Shown here in pieces: positions 63,090 to 64,000 of a DNA stretch of 64,000 nucleotides; position 1 is the first letter of the stretch, and each line of letters starts with the position of its first letter. Location: NCBI GenBank assembly GCA_965204675.1, contig OZ242003.1:5803996-5867995 (forward strand). The letters run 5' to 3'. Source of the DNA: Vicinamibacterales bacterium (GTDB taxonomy: Bacteria > Acidobacteriota > Vicinamibacteria > Vicinamibacterales > UBA8438). The position numbers were made by a program, and so were the translations under genes. The notes under the pieces are model-generated. The model saw nothing but the letters and a program-made list of their open reading frames with translations, was not told where the DNA came from and searched no databases.

Positions 63090-64000
63090 CGGGGCCGCGC
63101 TCGATTCGCCGTACGACGTGATCGTCGTCGGCGGGGGGCCGGCGGGGGCGACCACCGCGACCGTCCTCGCCCAGCATGGGCGCCGGGTGCTGCTGCTCGA
63201 GCGCGAGGCGTTTCCCCGCTACCACATCGGCGAGTCGCTGATGCCGTGGACCTGGTTCACCTTCGAGCGCCTCGGGGTGCTCGACTGGCTGAAGCGGTCG
63301 GGCAGCCCCGTGAAGCACAGCGTGCAGTTCGTGTCGACGAACGGCAAGGTGTCGCAGCCGTTCTACTTCTTCCAGACCATCGAGCACGAGTGCGCGAGCA
63401 CGTGGCAGATCCTGCGGTCGGACTTCGACGCCATGATGCTGCGGAACGCGGCCGAGAAGGGGGCCGAGGTCCGCCAGGGGGCGACGGTCCGCGAGGTCCT
63501 GATGGAGGGCGGCCGGGCCGTCGGGGTGCGCGCGGCCCTGGCCGGCGGGGGGACGGAAACCTGGCGGGCCCGGGTCGTCGTCGACGCCACCGGGCGCGAC
63601 GCCCTGCTCGCAGGCCGGCTGGGCTGGAAGCGGCGCGACCCCGACCTGAACAAGATCGCCATCTTCACCTACTTTACCGGCGCCCTCCGCGACCCCGGGC
63701 TCGACGAGGGGGCCACCACCGTCGCCTACATCCCCGACAAGGGCTGGTTCTGGTACATCCCCCTCGTGGACGACACGGTGAGCGTCGGCGTGGTCGCCGA
63801 GCGCGACTACCTGTACCGGGACACGCGCGATCCCGAGGCCATCTTCTGGCGCGAGGCGGCCGACTGCAAGTGGATCCGCGAGCACCTCGGGCCCGGCACC
63901 CACCGGGGGCCGGTGCGGGTCACCGGCGAGTTCAGCTATCGCTCGACCGCCGCCGGCGGCGACGGCTTCTGCCTGGTGGGAGACGCCTTCGCGTTCCTCG
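63067..64000 (+). CDS. FAD-dependent oxidoreductase (geranylgeranyl reductase / flavin halogenase-like), 3'-truncated by the window end
   Basis: 'YDVIVVGGGPAGATTATVLAQHGRRVLLLE' is a dinucleotide-binding motif. 'VVDATGRDA' and 'GDAFAFL' are also present. The ATG at 63067 overlaps the upstream gene end. This ORF is not in the track because it has no stop codon in the window. Confidence 0.8.
   Translation, partial: MSTSGTPNGAALDSPYDVIVVGGGPAGATTATVLAQHGRRVLLLEREAFPRYHIGESLMPWTWFTFERLGVLDWLKRSGSPVKHSVQFVSTNGKVSQPFYFFQTIEHECASTWQILRSDFDAMMLRNAAEKGAEVRQGATVREVLMEGGRAVGVRAALAGGGTETWRARVVVDATGRDALLAGRLGWKRRDPDLNKIAIFTYFTGALRDPGLDEGATTVAYIPDKGWFWYIPLVDDTVSVGVVAERDYLYRDTRDPEAIFWREAADCKWIREHLGPGTHRGPVRVTGEFSYRSTAAGGDGFCLVGDAFAFL

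Overview
High-G+C bacterial chromosomal window (roughly 65-70% by eye, not computed). Many long antisense ORFs in the six-frame track are composition artefacts.

Three parts:

(1) 1 to ~22.8 kb is a mobile-island mosaic that reads as an integrative mobilizable element. It carries an AlpA-type excisionase, a CI/LexA-like repressor and a MOBQ mobilisation module with an RSF1010-like oriT core. It also holds several hypothetical genes, an IS21-family element with ~0.8 kb of passenger DNA, and a directly abutting recombinase-in-trio (RIT) element. The cargo is one giant ORF of about 1460-1480 aa that fuses a reverse transcriptase, a ~750 aa helical region and a C-terminal nitrilase-superfamily domain. 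This is the architecture of DRT1/UG36-type defence reverse transcriptases. A heavily decayed integrase pseudogene and an intact P4-like integrase follow.

(2) 22.9-28.7 kb encodes exported redox and hydrolase enzymes. Next comes a second, degraded islet (28.9-32.3 kb) with an integrase remnant, a low-G+C ORF carrying an Rx4H (HEPN-like) motif, and a Sel1-repeat protein.

(3) 32.7-64 kb is housekeeping-like: Lhr helicase, a DUF349 protein, two cyclophilins, an ACP-FAAL-acyltransferase fusion, an ADH-GNAT-PLP enzyme operon, a MATE pump, a NUDIX hydrolase, ParC/ParE-like topoisomerase subunits, a beta-propeller protein, a HemN-like radical SAM enzyme and an FAD oxidoreductase.

This third part also contains an old ~2.3-2.8 kb tandem segmental duplication with pseudogenisation. 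One small secreted-protein gene is broken by a 53-bp quasi-palindromic insertion. A conserved hairpin with a TAG stop codon in its loop recurs at four gene ends.

No rRNA, tRNA or CRISPR array was recognised. The strongest candidate for an under-described system is the RT-nitrilase gene at 16276-20724.
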